Shown here: in pieces, positions 62,110-64,000 of the stretch | Layout: each line of letters starts with the position of its first letter | How positions within the stretch are numbered: position 1 is the first letter of the stretch | Source: Macrostomum lignano | Lineage: Eukaryota | Direction: 5' to 3' | DNA length: 64,000 nt | Assembly (NCBI GenBank): GCA_002269645.1 | Contig: NIVC01003746.1 | Span: forward strand, 15,111 to 79,110 | Program-made: the position numbers and the translations under genes | Notes under the pieces: generated by a model | Told to the model about the DNA's origin: nothing | Database searches by the model: none | The model's input: the letters and a program-made list of their open reading frames with translations, nothing else

Positions 62110-63020
62110 GAATGTTGGTCATTCCTTGATTGGTCATAAAGGGTGTCTGTCGGTCATTCTTCAATTGTTCATAAAAGGACAAATGTCGGTCATTCTTCAA
62201 TTGGTCATAAAGGGAGTGTTGGTCCTTCTTCAATTGGTCATAAAGGGAGTGTCGGTCCTTCAATTAATCATAAAAGGACAGTGTTGGTCATTCTTCAATT
62301 AATCATAAAGTGACAGTGTTGGTCATTCTTCAATTAATCATAAAGGGACAGTGTTGGTCATTCTTCAATTAATCATAAAGGGACAGTGTTGGTCATTCTT
62401 CAATTAATCATAAAGGGACAGTGTTGGTCATTCTTCAATTAATCATAAATGGACAGTGTCGGTCATTCTTCATTTGGTCATAAAGGGAGTGTTGGTCCTT
62501 CTTCAATTGGTCATAAAGGGAGTGTCGGTCCTTCAATTAATCATAAAAGGACAGTGTTGGTCATTCTTCAATTAATCATAAAAGAACAGTGTTGGTCATT
62601 CTTCAATTAATCATAAAGATACAGTGTCGGTCATTCTTCAATTAATCATAAAAGAACAGTGTTGGTTATTCTTCAATTAATCATAAATGGACAGTGTCGG
62701 TCGTTCTTCAATTAATCATAAAGGGACAGTGTCGGTCATTCTTCATTTGGTCATAAAGGGAGTGTTGGTCCTTCTTCAATTGGTCATAAAGGAGTGTCGG
62801 TCCTTCAATTAATCATAAAGGGACAGTGTCGGTCATTCTTCATTTGGTCATAAAAGCGGTGTGTCGGTCATTCTTCAATCAATCATAAAAGGAGAGTTGG
62901 TCATTCTTCAATTAATCATAAAGGGACAATGTCTGCCATTCTTCAATTGGTCATAAAGAGACAGTGTCGGTCATTCTTCAATTGGTCACAAAGGGATATT
63001 GTCGGTCATTCTTCGATTGA
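62110..63020. repeat. ~35-bp minisatellite GGTCATTCTTCAATTAATCATAAAGGGACAGTGTT
   Basis: Seen directly. Confidence 0.95.
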
Positions 63021-63687
63021 TCATACAAAGGGAGGGTTTAGCTCTAATAGAAATGTTTTATACGAGCTTGCGACTCGGACTGTAAGTACATTAAGTACGT
63101 TTTGTACATTAGCATTAAACAGCTTCGATGACATTCCAGTGCACTGTTTCTTGACTGAAATGTATTATTCAAATTGTGACTACTTGAAGATTTGTACACA
63201 ATTTTATTTTCAGTAGCGTAATATATAGTATTCATAGATTTTATTCTAGAATTCTCATTTAAATATATGTTTGTTTTTGTGTGTATGATTCTGTCTACTA
63301 GTAGTCTGTTTGGCGTATCTTTTTTCTTTCTATCTATGCTTTTGCCGAGTGAAAAATGATTTTCGATTGTTGGCTCTAATTGCTTTCTATTCATTTTCTA
63401 ATGAAATATAAATACCTACCAGCTCATTTACGTGGTTTCCACACCTTATAGTGGGGTATCAAGTTGTGTGCCTCATTGACTAGCAAACAATGAATTGTTT
63501 GATCTGTATTTATTTTGCTTGGTGAATAAAATATTTTTACTACGTTTAGTCTATTATTATAGATGTATTTTACTCAGAACGTTTTAAATAAGATAAGTGC
63601 AAGGTTTGTCAAGGAATCTGGCCATTGTTAGTTTATTTATCATTCAAGGGATTCCCTTGATTAGGCAATTGAGCAGTTAACTAGTAT

Positions 63688-64000
63688 CGATTGATTGATT
63701 GATCGACTGATTAACGAGATTCTTGATTGATTGATTGATTGATTGATTGATGTGTGGGCTCTGCCCAACACCCAGTGTGGGCTCTGCCCCAACACCCAGT
63801 GTGGGTTCTGCCCCAACACCCCAGTGTGGGCTCTGCCCAACACCCCAGTGTGGGCTCTGCCCAACCCCCAGTGTGGGCTCTGCCCCAACACCCAGTGTGG
63901 GCTCTGCCCCAACACCCAGTGTGGGCTCTGCCCCAACACCCCAGTGTGGGCTCTGCCCCAACACCCCAGTGTGGGCTCTGCCCCAACACCCCAGTGTGGG
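63688..64000. repeat. (GATT)n tract followed by a 25-26-bp minisatellite CCCAGTGTGGGCTCTGCCCCAACAC running off the window
   Basis: Seen directly. Confidence 0.95.

Overview
Eukaryotic (invertebrate animal) genomic DNA. No prokaryotic features, CRISPR arrays, rRNA or tRNA genes were seen. Exons are GC-rich and few per gene; introns and spacers are AT-rich or filled with minisatellites. This style suggests a free-living flatworm such as Macrostomum, but that is inference only. Genes reconstructed by hand with GT-AG, phase-consistent splicing: (1) last exon of a single-pass membrane receptor with a tandem ITIM+ITSM tail (399-859,+); (2) PABPC1-like poly(A)-binding protein (-, 4 coding exons); (3) an intronless, divergent anion-type Cys-loop channel (+); (4) a secreted WAP + VWC-like protein (+, 4 exons); (5) mitochondrial aspartate aminotransferase GOT2 (-, 4 exons); (6) CPSF3 (+, 3 exons); (7) DESI2/PPPDE peptidase (+, 2 exons, apparent 1-nt deletion near the 3' end); (8) a DUF1294 membrane protein with no usable ATG of its own (+). 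Best non-obvious signals: four paralogous H/ACA snoRNAs in PABP introns 2 and 3 that share a guide pocket for a conserved uridine in the LSU rRNA peptidyl-transferase region; a possible trans-spliced CPSF3-DESI2-DUF1294 operon in which a spliced-leader AUG could supply the DUF1294 start codon; and nested hAT, mariner, Merlin and Helitron remnants with readable TIRs and TSDs. Most long ORFs in the supplied track are artefacts of about 25 tandem-repeat arrays. Repeat boundaries are approximate (read by eye).
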